From NCBI RefSeq assembly GCF_000711695.1, contig NW_013547014.1:124001-188000 (forward strand): a stretch of DNA of 64,000 bases, given 5' to 3'. Under the pieces are notes generated by a model that worked only from the letters and a program-made list of their open reading frames with translations, did not search any database and was not told the DNA's origin. The translations under genes were made by a program, and so were the position numbers. Origin of the DNA: Tilletiaria anomala UBC 951. Taxonomy: Eukaryota. Below, one piece after another: positions 11,867-26,200 of this stretch (its first letter is position 1; every line of letters starts with the position of its first letter).

Positions 11867-14800
11867 ATGTCGCGCTACGAGAGCTACTCGGGCGGCGCAA
11901 GCCGTACTTTCGCTCCATACCCATCTTCTGGCGGCGGCCGTGGAGGCGGACACGACCGGCGCACCCATCACAGGGGAGGTTACAGAGGTGGCAGGCGAGA
12001 TCATTACCGAAACGGCGGTGGTAGTTATCACGGCGGTAAAGGCAACACTGGAGCTGCCGACTACAGGGAGAATGACACCGAGACCCACAGGGCCAACAAG
12101 CTCAGAAGTACACTCCTTGGTCTTGGGGAGAAGGCCGAGTTCCACGCGCCAAGCGAGCTCTATGCTGTTGCACAAGACCTCGTGGACCAGGCTTCATCAT
12201 CTGCACAGTTGCGAGAAGTCATTGAACGGACATTTTTGATCATGTGGGTACCGTGATGCCTTGTGCGAGACTGCCCTTCAAAAGGCTGACTGCCTTGCTG
12301 CTATCCCAAGGATCACCGAGCAACCGCAAAAAATGCCTCTGACAGCTGCTCTTCTTGCGACGCTTGTGCTTGCTCCACCAACGCCAAAGGATCAGCCGAC
12401 CGATGCCAAGGAGAGCTCCAGCTTAGGATCCGTCGTCGTCAATGAATTATTGCAAGCTTTCCGCTCATACCTCGACGCAAGACTATGGAGGAATGTTAGA
12501 CTCACGGTAAGCCGGCTCACGACATCTGGATGAATGGCTGGAGTTGACACAAATGCATCCCTTTTTCTCGCCAGCTCCGTTTCTTCTGCCTCCTCACTCC
12601 ACTGCGAATCATTTCCGCCTCGTCGCTGTACAAGCTCTTCGACTCGCTTGCTGCTGTCATGGATGAACCCGCGGTCACACTGGCCCGTGCAGACCGGGCA
12701 GCAACGTGCATCCTTGAGCCACTGTGCTACACTGGCGATCAACTTCTAGCTGCGGATCCAGGTGCAAAAGAGCAGCTGGACAAACTGGTCGATGCTCTGC
12801 AGAGTTACGGCGCAAGCAGAAGAGTGGCGGATGACCTTCTCTTGCCATGGCAGCGCCATGCCAGTCTGCAACCTCTTTCGACGGAGGTGAGCGTATCTCA
12901 CAGAGACCGCTGGCCAGGTGCAATCTCTTCTGACACGCTTCCAAATTGTGTTCATTCACGAAGTCGTTCGAGACTCTCTTGCAAGCCTTGCAAAACCACA
13001 AGTCACTCGGCTACCCCAAGATCCCCTTCCTGCCTCAGCCGGGCGAGCTTGTCCCTCCCGCAATCAGTGCAGATCTCAATGCGGACGTCGCAAGCACAGT
13101 GGATGTTCCAGAAACTCTCATTCCTCCTGATGAGGAGGACTATGTTTCGCTCGGACAGGACCTTGCGCTTGCAAAGCTCAACCAGGCTGCTGGACCGCAA
13201 CCATTGGGAGTGACTAGCAAAGCACGCGCCAAGATCCTAAGCGCAGACGAGGCTCAAATCAAGCGAGGTGGAACAGGCCCACAGGGCAGATTCATTTATG
13301 CCCGCTGGATGACAGAAGTAGGTCTGGAAGGATCGGCTAAACATGATGCTTGCCGTGACTGACCAGGCGTTGACTCATCACATTCAGTCGACTCCATTGA
13401 CAGACTCTCCGTCATCAGTGGTGCTGCGAAGCCTTGTCAATGATCTTATTGATTTGTATGAGCCGAATCGACGGACCGCAGCAAAGGTTCTATTGGACTT
13501 GCCCAAATTCCTTCACAAGGGTACATTTGGCGGCAAGATGGATCCGAATGTCGGTCTTGTGGGTGATACGGCTATGGACTGGTCATCCGCACCACGTCTG
13601 TTGGCACCTGCATCTGGCTCCTGGATCCTGGAAGATCTGCTGGTTGAGGTGAGGCAGTGCTTGCAACCAACTTTGTCAACATCAGAATCTCGTCTGACGC
13701 AAGCATCTTTTCTAAAATTCAGGGTATCTTATCGAACGCCCTCTTGCTCCCGGCTGCTCCACATCCGGAACTCTACTATGCTGCATTGATGCGGGAAGTC
13801 GTGGCAGCCAGCCCGCAGACGATTGCGCCCGCGATCGGCAAATCACTTCGGCGTATATACACAGCCATGGCCACCGGAAAAGTAGAAACAGAAGTAACGA
13901 AGAGACTGAGTGACTGGTTCAGCGCGCATCTCAGCAATTTCAACTTTGGGTGGGCATGGAAGGAATGGGTGCCAGATATGGAGCTGCCGCCACAACATCC
14001 GCGCAGGGCATTCTGCGTCCGCGTCGCAGACCTTTGCGTCCGCTTAGCATACTATGACCGTGTCAAGTCCGTGCTTCCGGCTGAGCTTCAAACAGGCGCG
14101 CTGCCCCAAGAAGAGCCTGGGCCCAGCTTCACTTATGAAGATCCTAGTGAGTGATGTCTTCGATTTTTTGCTTTGCAAGATCCTCGGCTGAGTATGCCTT
14201 GCGTTGCTAGACCAAACGTGGCACGTGAAAGCAACAGAGCTCGTCAACTCTTTCCGGGCAAAGGCAAGTGCTGACGTCGTTTTGGCCAATCTTGAAAGCT
14301 TCAAAAGGGAGATCATTGCCCCGGATGACGTGACGATGACAGATACCGACGCGCCAACGGTAGCTACAGAAGCACAAGCCGAGATTATGATTCGCGACGT
14401 GGCAGTGCAGGCGGTCCTAAGCGTTGGCAGCCGAAGTTTCTCTCACTTCCTGAACGTGGTTGAGAGGTAAGGACCCCTTCTTTGATGCAGAGAGCTTGAA
14501 CCATACGCTGAATGAAACCTATCTTGCGCATTTAGGTACCACGCCTTGCTCCGAAACTTGTCCACATCACCCGAAATGCGCATCCACATCCTTGGCGCGG
14601 TCGCTCGATTCTGGAGAAGGTCGCCGCAATGGATCCTCATCGTGGCCGACAAGTTGCTCCAGTATCGCATCCTAGAGCCATCGGACATTGTCAAGTACGT
14701 CTTCGATCCAGCAGCCTCAAAACTTCCCGTAGATGGTTTGGGCCAAAATGAGGAAGCACGAGACTGGAGCTCCTTCGTTTGGTGGGATTTACTCCGCAAC

Positions 14801-15365
14801 ACGATTGAAAAGATCAATGGGCGTGTCAACCAGTTGCAGGCTCGTGTTGAAGCCTTGGAAGCGGAGGAAGCAGCACGACAAGAGATGGCGGAAGCTGAAG
14901 CCGCTGCAGCACCAAGCAAGAAGGCAAACGAAGAGGAAGAGGCACCTGCCATAGTCTTTCCAACTTCTGTTGCAGTTCCTGTCCCGGAGGACCCCGCGAA
15001 AGAGAAGAAGGATACGTTGCAAGATCGACGGGTGGCTTTGGAGGCTGTTATGACTGAGCAGCGTAAGGTTTTGTCGGCGCTAATCAACGGCTTTGCTGAG
15101 GCCATGCCCGCCAACCCAACGGACGCTGTGGACGAACCCGATTGGAATCAGTACTGGTTGACAGGATGGTCGAAGGAGCTTCTTCGTCGGGTGAGTGTTG
15201 CCGAGGTCGCGATCAAACGATCAAACTGACATTGTGGCTGCCGTCCAACAGTTCCACACTCAGTTTGGGCAAAACCAGCAAACACTGACGGCGGCGTTCC
15301 CCAAGGCCATACCTGCCGAATTCCGCCGACTGTTTGACCAGTCATGTGTGCTCGACAGCGAATAA
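11867..15365 (+). CDS. CBP80: Nuclear cap-binding complex large subunit Cbp80/Sto1 (NCBP1, MIF4G-like), multi-exon
   Basis: RG-rich N-terminus and motifs EQPQKMPLTAALL, WRNVRL, WFSAHLSNFNFGWAWKEW, RLAYYDRVK, GSRSFSHFLNVVERY. Eight or so canonical introns; last exon ends ...VLDSE* at 15365. Confidence 0.92.
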
Positions 15366-15534
15366 ATTGTGGCTGTGATGGATATGGTTGCGATAGCAGC
15401 GGTGCTGAGAAACTATAGGCTGTGTGGCATTCATTCCGTCGACATGCATGCATTGATGGGATGAAAGATTCTACATAGATGACTCGATATGCGCGATTGG
15501 GGTGTAACGTAAACATTGCGCAGAATATGCACCT

Positions 15535-18500
15535 CTAAGCGGTATTGTCTGGCACAAATTCGCGCCAGCTCTTGACCTCAGGCGGGATCTTGCCCTCCTG
15601 ATAGCCAAGCAAACCTCCTTGAGGAATTTTGCGCTCAAGCGCTTCGACGAAGAGTTCCGCGCAACGTGCCTCATTGATAAGCGGGACACCGAAGTCCACT
15701 GCATTCCGGCGAGCTACGTAGTCCTCATCCATGGTGTCGCGACCGCGGGACTTGGCTAGGTTGACAACGAATTGAATCTCATACTCATCGAAGACCTCGC
15801 GCAATTTACTGTGAGAGACATACGAGTCAAAATGGATCTCGCATATGCGCGCACTGAGCAAGACACTCACCGCTTGTCTTTCAATGGGAACCAGATACGC
15901 TTCGCTGAGACGTGCGGTATGGAATTGAGGAAGGATTCAACCTCAGCATTCGAGCAGTACAGCTTGAAGCCCACTAAGAGTACACAGCGTGACATTCAGC
16001 GCGTTAGCACATGTTCAAAAGAGCGCTTTCGCGATGCACACTTACAGTCATACAAGCGGCGGGCGACGCTTGCCATCTGCGGCTTGGAGATGTCGCCACC
16101 GATCAAGACACCCTTGTTTGGTTCAGGCACCCGGAAGCCTGTGGTGGACGCAATGGAAGCCCAGTATGCTTCGGCCAAGTCCTTGCCGAACGAAGCCACC
16201 TCGCCCGTGCTCGCCATTTCTGTACATTTTTATGTCAATCATCGATATGCTAATGAAAGCAAGCTGTAAACTCACCGACTCCAAGGAAAGGGTCTGCGCC
16301 AGCCAGACGAGTCCATGAGAAGACAGGAACCTTGATGGCTACGTAGTCGCGCTTTTCGTTCATCAGATCCACTGGCTTCGGGACATCCTGTCCAACAATG
16401 GCACATGTCGCAATATCGATGAAGCTACGATGGAAAAATCACGATAGGTCAATGGTCAACCCTCAAGGCCCAACATTTCAACTGAAACCCACTTGACACC
16501 CAACACCTTGCTGACGAATGGGAACGAACGACTGGCGCGCAGATTGCATTCAATGACCTTGAGAGCTGCTTCTGTCTCTCCTTCCTCCGCAGGCTTTCTG
16601 ATGACCTGCATGTTGAATGGGCCGCTGATTTGGAACGCTTTTGCAACCTTTTGTGCGATGGCCTTCAAGCGCTGGAGATCGTTGGGATCAAGTGAGAATG
16701 GCGGTAAAACCAGCGTTGCATCGCCGGAATGGACACCAGCATTCTCCACATGTTCTGACACTGCATGAACGAGAAGCTCGCCTTTGTACGCGACAGCATC
16801 CACATCAATCTCTTGAGCATTGTCGATGAACTAGAACGGAACGACAAGTTGGAGAGCGTAAGAGTATGGCATATATGAGCATGAGGAGCTCAGGACGCAC
16901 CTTGCTAAGAACAACCGGGTAGTCAGTGTTGACTTCTGCAGCTCCTGTCAAATGCTGTTGCAATGTGGATTCGTCCCAGATGACATTCATGGCCGCACCT
17001 GAGAGTACGTAGCTGGGACGGACAAGGACAGGGTAGCCAACCTTGGACGCAAATTCTTTGGCCTTCTCCACGGTAGTGACCTCGACCCATTCGGGTTGAT
17101 CGACGCCGATCTGATCCAAGATTGATGAGAATTTGTGACGATCCTCGGCAGAGTCGATCATGACGGGATCGGTACCGAGGACATTCACTTCATTGTTCTT
17201 GAGCCTAAGCGCGATGTTTTGCGGAAGTTGACCACCGACGGAGACGACAACACCAGATGCGCCTTCCAGCTCGTAGATATCCATCACACGCTCAAACCCG
17301 AGCTCTTCGAAGTAAAGCCTATCGGCCTCATCAAAGTCCGTGCTGACAGTCTCGGGATTATAGTTGATCATGATGGTCTTGTGGTTCATCGAGCGGACGC
17401 GGCGAGCGCAGGTGACAGCGCACCAGTCGAACTCAACCGAGCTGCCAATGCGGTAGACACCAGAGCCAAGGACCATGGTTCCGTTGTCGTCAAACTCGAC
17501 ATCATGCGTGGTCGCATTGTAAGTCGTGTACAGGTAGTTTGTATGCGCGGGGTACTCGGCAGCGACAGTGTCAATACGCTTGACGAAGGGGGTGACACCG
17601 AGCGATTTGCGGTGCTTGCGAACAACATCCTCGGTGCTGTTGGTGAGTTGCGCGATCTGCCTGTCTGAGAATCCCCTTTGCTTTGCAAGCAAAACAGTCT
17701 CCTTGTCAACAGCGCTGATCTCGCCGAGGTCTTTGAGCGTGTGATGGATGTCGACGATGTTCTGGAGCTTGTGCAGGAACCAGCGGTCGATCTTCGTGAG
17801 ATCATGGAGCCTCTCGACATCGTAGCCCTTTACGAGCATTGCGTACGCGATGGCGAAAAGGCGCGTGTCCGTGGGAACCGCAAGGGCGTGGTCCAGGTCG
17901 ACAGGCTCGATGTACGGAGCAAAGCCATCGTAATTTGGCGCAATTTGGCGAATGGCTTTCTGCAGCGACTCTTCAAATGTTCGTCCGATAGCCATGACTT
18001 CGCCCACGGACTTCATACTCGAGCCAATCTCACGGTTGACGTGTTGGAACTTCGAGAGATCCCACTTGGGGATCTTGGTGACGATGTAGTCAAGGGAGGG
18101 TTCGAAACATGCAGTGGTTGTCTTGGTGACGGCATTGGGAAGCTCCGGAAGTGTGTGACCAAGGGCCAGCTTGGCTGCAGTGTAAGCAAGCGGGTATCCT
18201 GTCGCCTTGGACGCGAGCGCACTTGACCGACTCAAGCGGGGGTTCACCTCGATCACCCTATACTCTCGGCTATCCGGGCTGAGCGCATACTGAATGTTGC
18301 ACTCTCCAACGATACCAAGATGGCGGATGACTTTCAACGCTGCAGTGCGCAGCATGTGGTAATTGTCATCCGATAGGGTCTGAGACGGGGCGACGACAAT
18401 GGAGTCTCCAGTGTGGATCCCGAGCGGGTCGAAGTTCTCCATGTTGCAGCAGATGATTGCGTTGTCTTCCTGATCACGAAGAACCTCGTACTCGCTCTCC

Positions 18501-19646
18501 TTCCAACCCTTGAGACTCTTCTCGACCAGGATTTGCGGGCTCAGAGAAAGCGAGCGGGCGCTCAGATCTCGGAGCTCTTCCTCGTTCTCCGCAAAGCCAG
18601 AGCCCAACCCTCCCAACGCATAAGCGGCACGGACGATGACAGGGTATCCAATGTCCTCTGCTGCCTTGAGTGCAGCATTCACAGATGATACGGCTTCGGA
18701 CTTGGCGACTGGAATGTTGATCTCTGTGTACATGATCGATACATCAGCTTCCACATGCCAGTAATAGAATGCGGGGCGGGCGACTGAACTTTACTCACGA
18801 TCCAGAGCTTGCACGAAAAGGTCCCTGTCCTCGCACATGCGCAGCACGTCGACCTGAGAGCCGAGGACCTCGACACCGAGTCGCTCAAAGACGCCCATCT
18901 CATCGAGCTTGACGCCAACGTTGAGAGCGCTTTGGCCGCCAAAGGTAAGGAGAACACCATCCGGTCGCTCCTTTTCGAGCACGTATGCGACATATTCGGG
19001 AGAGATGGGAAGGAAGTATATTTGGGACGCTAGATGATGACTGGTCTGAATAGTAGCTATGTTGGGGTTGATCAGGATGGTCTCGATACCAGATTCACGG
19101 AGAGCCTTAATAGCCTGTGAGCCGCTGTAGTCGAATTCTCCAGCCTGTCCAATGCTCAAGCCACCTGATCCGACAAGCAAGACTTTTTTGACTTGAGACC
19201 GCTTGACCTGCCAGAGGTAGACATGTGTGAGTAAATGGTGACCATTGGGAGACAGGTGCACTACTGCCCATCGAAGCGAGACACACCTTTGGCAGCCATT
19301 TTGCCCACTGTTGCAATCCAGTTGCGGACGGCTCGTATTCAGTGTGCTGAGCAAGTGCCGGTGTAGAGGGTGCTGGGGAAGAGAGCCTGGAAGCATAGGA
19401 GAGCTGCCTTGCCTTGCTTTGTGCCCTGGGTGACAGCGGTGATGGCTCCACGGGAGTTGGGCGGCGATGAGAGGAAATAGAGCGAGTCAAAGGCGGTACG
19501 CAAGCGATGCCAGCGGCTGAAAGAGGTGCGGCACACGCAAACTTGAGGCTCTTGCCGCTGCCAATACCGCTACCGCTGACAAAACCGTTGCGGACGGACT
19601 GGCAGAAGGCGCGGCTGCCAGTGTTTATCAACCGATTGGGAATCAT
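15535..19646 (-). CDS. CPA2: Arginine-specific carbamoyl-phosphate synthase large chain, with probable mitochondrial presequence
   Basis: [81 protein letters not shown] and an MGS-like end. No GATase/DHOase/ATCase domains, so this is not URA2. Exon 1 (19646-19287) is R/S-rich and nearly free of acidic residues. Confidence 0.95.
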
Positions 19647-20360
19647 GCTTGCACCGGGTTCCGAGCGATGGCTGCAATCGCCTTTAAGCTCCGTGCACGC
19701 AAGGTGATGCCAGACACACAAGGATGAGCAGCAAGGGAGTGCAGTGAGGGTTTGTGCGAATCAGCTGAGCTGTGCCCTGCTGTATGCTTGTGCACCGCCA
19801 GTCCTTATGTCAGAAGGGAAGGAGAATCGCAAACTTGGTAGCTACCAACGAAGGGAGATATGAAAAAAGCACTCTTTTTTTTCTTCTTTCTCCAACTCGA
19901 ACTGCACCTCTCGGCCGAAAGATTAGTAACTCAATATCCTTTTACTTACGTAATTGATTTGGAATTGCACCCAAGTGCAGACTTGGAGAGAGAGGGTTAG
20001 GCTGCTTTTCTGCTTTTGTCCGCATGTGAAAGCGCGAAGAGCGAAAAGGATGGCGCTGCTGGTGGGCGGGGAAATTCACTCCATCAGTCATATCAATCAA
20101 GAATCGATCGAATGCTCGCCAGGTCGCAAACGGCAGATCAATGGGTCGTGCCCATTCCAACCTACTTTGAGCGGCTGGCGATGTCTCCGTGCTCATGGCG
20201 TGAGAGTGATGATGTTGCGTGCGACCCACATGTGGTGCAATGTAGGCAATCAAATGGTAGCAGTAGAGTTCCAGTTTCAACCCGCCTGCCAATGCTGATG
20301 CGATGATAGCGATGACAGAGGGAGTGTGTGGTAGCCTAGTGCATTCGCCACTGCTAACAC

Positions 20361-20390
20361 ATCCCATCCCATCCAATCCCATTCCATCCA
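20361..20390 (+). repeat. Imperfect (CCCAT)n microsatellite in the CPA2/lipase divergent intergenic region
   Basis: atcccatcccatccaatcccattccatcca. Confidence 0.8.
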
Positions 20391-20570
20391 CTTGGCCCGT
20401 CCACCTTTATCCAGCAGTCAAGGAGGCTTCCTTCGAGTCGTTCCCGTTTGATCGTAGCGACGATCGCATATTGCCTTTACCCATCCCGTCCGTTTGGCAG
20501 GTTGGGCTACACTGGATACACAATCACATACTCACGTACATGCATCACGCTGTTTCTATACCCCACCTCC

Positions 20571-22849
20571 ATGACCGCCACAGCGGCTGCACTGCCGCCC
20601 GCGACCGCTCCTGCGCACCAGGATCGGTCAGCGATGGGCACACCCGCAAGCAGCTCTGGTGGGCTGGTGCAGGTTAAACCAGCATCCCGCCATGAGCGCC
20701 GATGCCAAGATGATCCTCCACGGGATGCCGAGGACACGCCATTGGTAAGAAGCAGTGCCATCCAGAATGCGGATCAGCTCGACTGGCCCGAATACTTTAC
20801 CCTCGCCCAGCAGACCCTCAACGTCGCCAACGCGGCACAATCCGTAGGCTTCAACATTGCCAAAGGTGCCACTGCTGCATCTCTCAGGGTCGCACGCTTC
20901 TTCACCAAGCATGTACTTGCGCTGCCAGCTCTTGCCATCGATGTAGCCGTTGGCACTCCACCCGACTCGCCGGGCATGCACTTGGCCGCCACCGCTGGAG
21001 TCGATGGGGTCTTCAATATTGTTGATGCCATTACACTAGGCTCCTTGGACGTCGGCTGCGCGGTTACCGCCGCTTCCTTATCAGCGGTATCGACAGGCGT
21101 GGAGTGCGTCTCATCCACCATGCATTCGGACGTATCTCGCAGTCTATCTACCTTTGGAAGACTTTTTAGGTGAGCGGCCCCATCAGATAAGTAACGGCCC
21201 ATTAGATCATGTATTCACATTCTCCTGCTCATCAAATGTGCACAATCAAAAGTCGCGAATGGAATCGCACCAGTGATGAACTTCCTCCCGGCGGACTACC
21301 CGTCTACGAACGCCTGACCATCGCATGCGCCATCCTGTGCTGGGTCTCGTTGCAAGCCGTGACGGCCGAAGACTTTGAAAGAGACATGTTGGAGCATCTG
21401 AGTCTGGTGGCCGACGATGAGGAGCTCCAGTCCCTCATCGCTGCACCAGGCTCCGATGCCCACGAAGTGTCTAGTGCGCGGCCCCGAGTCCGTCATCTGG
21501 TGCAGCACTCGCGTCTCATCCTTGCAATCTACGGTGGCGTCATCATGGCGCTCTTGAACAGTGTCCCATCGAACTTCGCCAAGAGGACACAATCACAAGA
21601 TGCAGAGGCTGCTCGTATCCCGGTCGACATCATTGATCAGCCTTCCGCCATCACTCAATTCGAACTGGAAAATCCACAACCCTCCATCCAGCTGCAGCGC
21701 TTGCAAGGAACTCAAGAGCAATTACGCCGTGCCGATAAAGCACATACAAGCGCCGCAGCAGGAAGGCAATCAAAGTACGCTTTGGACAACTTCTCATACA
21801 TCGACCTCCTCACTGGCAAGTATGATCACTACTTGTTGCATGAGGCAGCTGGCGTGACACACTCACAAGCTGTTCGCGGCAGCTATGACCAATCAGTACA
21901 CAGCGCGCAAGAGCTGAATGGACGAGTCAACAAAAGTCGACCCAACTATTACGTCATCACATCTCACGAGGCTCGCAAGATCATCGTCGTGATGCGCGGC
22001 ACCGTCACACTAGGTGACGTGGCAACCGATCTGGCATGCGAGAGCCAGTCGCTCGATGGCATCATCAGCGGCATTCCCGCAGCATCCCGGGTGCACGCTG
22101 GCATACTCGTCACCGCTTTAGCCATTGGACGTCAAGGCAGAGCTGTTCATCGAGCAGTTCGAGAGGCTGCCATCCGTTCCCCTGATTACGACCTCGATCT
22201 CGTTGGGCACTCACTCGGGGCTGGCGTCATGGCCCTCTTGTGCCTGCTATGGGGCTCCCCTGCCACTGGAAGGACGCGGGAGGACAGTGCGTTGGGACCG
22301 CGAAATATTCATGCATACTGCTATGCAGCTCCCTGCGTCATGGACGCTCAGCTTGGCCTTCATTGTAACCGCATCATCACATCCTTCATATCCAGCTGGG
22401 ATTTGGTGTCGCGCCTGTCACTGGGCAGTATCACGGACATCCGGAACGTCATCGCTTGGCTCTGCTACTGGGAGAACTCGCCAGACGAAGACTTCACATG
22501 TGCTGGATTCATCGGATCAACGCTCGAGCACCAAAGCGGGCGCATGGACTCATCCACCTCTGTCAGACAAAGGTTCGAGGACAAAGCAAAGTACCTCATG
22601 CAGCGGGTGAAGCCATGTATGACCGGTGTCCATCTTTACCCTCCGGGCAAGATTTTCATCAGCTACCGCAACACGGACCTGCGAACAACACAGGGAGGCA
22701 GGTCGCCACTCTTATTTGAAGTGACTGGCGATCGAGCTCGAGTCTTCGATAGAATTGTCTTTGGAAGCGGCATGCTGTATGATCATCTCCCCCAGGTCTA
22801 TGTGGAGACCTTGGCTCAGTTGAATGTCAACGAGGCCCCCAGAGTTTGA
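20571..22849 (+). CDS. Class-3 lipase (alpha/beta hydrolase, diacylglycerol-lipase-like)
   Basis: IIVVMRGT, VHAGI, nucleophile elbow LVGHSLGAG, WDLVSRLS, LYPPG and DHLP. One intron at ~21170-21252 restores the frame (F-S-R-E-W). Start codon uncertain. Confidence 0.85.
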
Positions 22850-23299
22850 CAGAAGTTCCATATATTTTATTTATTTTTCTCTTACGGAGGCGAGCGCGAA
22901 GAACATATTTCGTCACCGTGTCACAGTCGTCGCCGGGGAGAGTAGTGATCAAGAAGCACCGCAAAATATGGATATCAAGAAAGCGCCGGAAATGTTACCA
23001 TAACGTGCAAAGACGTTCTCGACGTGTTCCACGGCCGATGGAGCCCCAGAGAAGAGTTACACCCGCGGCTGATGCACCACGTGCATCCAGAACAGCGATT
23101 ACTCGGGAGCATACCATTCAATCTTGTCTGCCTATTCGTACGCAGCTGAAGCAATGTGGCTTAGCAGCCAGGCGGAAGGGTGCGCTAAGCGTCTAGCTCA
23201 AGGTCTTGCGTTTGTCATTGCTACTTAGCGACTGGCATACTTTGGCTGCCAGTGTAACGGGATGATTATGAACGTCAAATATCAACCGCAGTTCGGGCA

Positions 23300-26200
23300 T
23301 CGGCATTCCAGCTTCTCAGACGAGGAGCTTAGCGCAAGGCTAGCTTTCACGACCGTTAGTGTTGGCCCACCCCTTTCGGCCGGAGCCATGTTGGAATTAA
23401 TGTAACACGCACATCTGAGAACGTGGCCAAGCCTAGCATTGTCGTGATGGGCCTGGTTGCAATTAAGTTTTACGCTACCAAGAAATATTGCAGACTATCG
23501 TGTGATCCAAGTACTGAGCGAGCACTGAATCGTTAATACGGAGGAGTTGCGCGCAAGAAACAGAACAAATTGCAATCTCACCTATGCAAAAAGCCATCTG
23601 AATATCACGGGCCAATTGTTTCTTCGGCATGTGCGTGCGACCCAAACAGGCTAGATCACACCTTCGGCACCATTCGTTCGCCATTTGATTAGAACAGCGA
23701 TTCCGGAACAGCTTCGACCATACACTCTCTCATCGCTGGATTGAAGACTGTCTTCCCACTCGTAAGACCCTTGTGTGACACTTCGCGCTCGTGATACATC
23801 GAATCAATGTATATACCGTAAAAGAACGCGACAGATATATTTTTAGGTTGTACCAGATTTCAAAAACTCCGGAACTTGCTACCGCCTGCTATTGCCATGT
23901 AAAATTTGGAATAGGCAAGGTAAGCAATGCACGGCCCTTTGTTCACCAGCGTTTCAAGTTTGCCCATAGGCAGTGCAAGTCGGACCTGTGCACTTGTGCT
24001 CGTTTGTGGCAACAGCAAAAGCATAGTTAAGTGATATGCGTGGTCGATTTTGGGATTGAGGGAGCAATGGAGGCGAGAATGAAAGCTGTCGGACAACGAA
24101 TTGTGGACATCTTCACAATCACCTACGGGGATGAGCTGCGGTACACTCTTTCATGAAGCGATGGCTCATTGCAATCAAGTTCGGGATGCTTGTGCTTCTC
24201 ATTGTTCTGTGCCTACACGACTTCTAGGAGCTATACGTGCAGGTCCTTATATATTTACAAGGTGCTGGCTTTCACGTGCAGCCATTGGGGCTTATTACCT
24301 ACCCTCGAACTTTCCATGCTGTTAGATGGTGTTCTATGGACTGTGCTGCTTCGCCATGCTCCGCGTCGTTGGCTTCTGCGCCCGTGTCCGCACTGCTCAG
24401 CTTCTGCGTCATCCGACATGTCGAAACTGGATGGGTGCTTAAGACTGGGGATCCAGATGTGGGATATGTTGCAGCGGTGTCGTTCCCGACGAGAATACCG
24501 TTTACTGCGCACTTGTTCAATTTAGTGCTTTGTAACGCCCCAGCGCGCAGGAGGTAGGCTGCTGGGTCTATTGTGCGAAGGTGGTCGATCGGTCCCTTGC
24601 AATTGCGGTACACTCTTTCTGAAATCTGGAGTATCATGTGACTGTTGCGACGCACGATGCATATGCGCAGTAGATGTACGTATAGGCTGCTGCTGCGACC
24701 AAATCGCCCGAGAGTGCCTGTTCTGGCTTCAGCTCGCGGATCCATGCTTGGACCATGTTGAGGAGAATCAGGTTGAAGCGTTCGGCGCATTCCATGCTGT
24801 TGATGCGTGTATGCGGGCTCAAATTTCCTGCTGGATACTGTGTTACTGTGTTGTCAGAGTTGCTACATACCACATGCCGATGTATTCGCAACCGTTACCA
24901 GATTGGAGCATCTAGTACTCCTGGCCTGTGTCCTGCTCCACTTGCGCAGATCCAGATATCGATGATGCCGGCAAGATTCGTGCGATCTGCCGGTCTGTGA
25001 ACCCAGCCTTTGCTGAGCCATCATCTGTAAAGGTCAGGGAGTAGCGTACGCTGCTTATGCTCTCGCATGGCCACAGGCCCAGCGATGTCCATGTGGACCC
25101 TTTCATGCGCATTCCGTGCTCTTCTTTCTTCCCTTGTGGCGCCATATTGGGAATGGGTGGCATTTTCCCGAGTGGGAACGCCTCATTTGTACGGTCAGCT
25201 TTTGTGATGTGTAGGTCCTCACCTTCCAGATCGTATTGTGCCACTCATGCACTGTGTCCGAAGCCTCGGTAACCATAGTTCACTGTCTTCATTTTGTACA
25301 TCCTACATATGCCGACATATTTTGCGTTGCGCTGGTGGTTCCCTACATGAAAGGGAGAGCTACAATGCCGCTATGCAAGCAAAGCCGCGCTTATGATGGT
25401 TACCATGCCGTTTCCACTACCTGAAGAAGCAGTGGCCCTATCTTTTTCTGAGAATGATGCAGCTACAGGCTTACCTCGCGAGTTTGGTTCCGCTAACAAT
25501 ACTTAGGCCCCGCTGCATAATGTGGGACCTCAATTGCATTTTTGACAGAGATAGCGACGCCGTTGCGTTTGTCAGGCTTGACATGAATCGATCTATCTTC
25601 GCCTTCAGCCGTTAGCGCACCTGTTCAAGCGACAGGCGGCTTTGTGGCTAAGAAGGGATTCAGTCCACTTGTTTTGGATCGGCATTCATGTTGCAAGTCA
25701 CCTTGTTGTAATTCCAGCAATCGTCCTTCTCTTACCACTGTGCGTGAAATGCTTGCTGAACATGATTGTGCCCACTCACCTCGCTGGCATTGTTGCAACA
25801 CTGGTAAAGCTCCTCCTGGAACAGTGTTGCATCATTGTGTTCCCTTGTCAACTGATAGCTAAGCTGTTCAAGAATCTGGGCAATGTCGTTTTAGCATGCG
25901 TTGAGTCGGACACTAGTGGTGAGGCAGCAGCCGGTCTCCAACGTTTCGACTCTTGGCGCCTTTATCTTGTAGTACACTGTTGCGATGCGGCGGTACCCCT
26001 ACATGCTCTCTGAAAACCCTTTCTTGACGGTCCAGGCGTCTCTCTTACGGATCAAGAGGGTAACTCTTGGGATGCTACGTGACTTCCAACGTGTCACATA
26101 GTTCTTTAGCTATCTTTAACACGAAGTTCGAGCCAGTGATCCTGTCATCAATGGCAAGCACCAGCTACACCAAAGCCTCCTCCTTCCTGCGCTCGTATTC

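Noticed and set aside
17135..18688. Long plus-strand ORFs antisense to CPA2 (also antisense ORFs over MED13, ASE1 and CPS1)
   Set aside because: These are shadow ORFs caused by the codon bias of the real gene on the other strand and have no motifs.
19650..20400. Arginine attenuator peptide uORF upstream of the CPS gene
   Set aside because: The AAP is known from the small-subunit gene (CPA1/arg-2), and no AAP-like peptide was seen upstream of this large-subunit gene.
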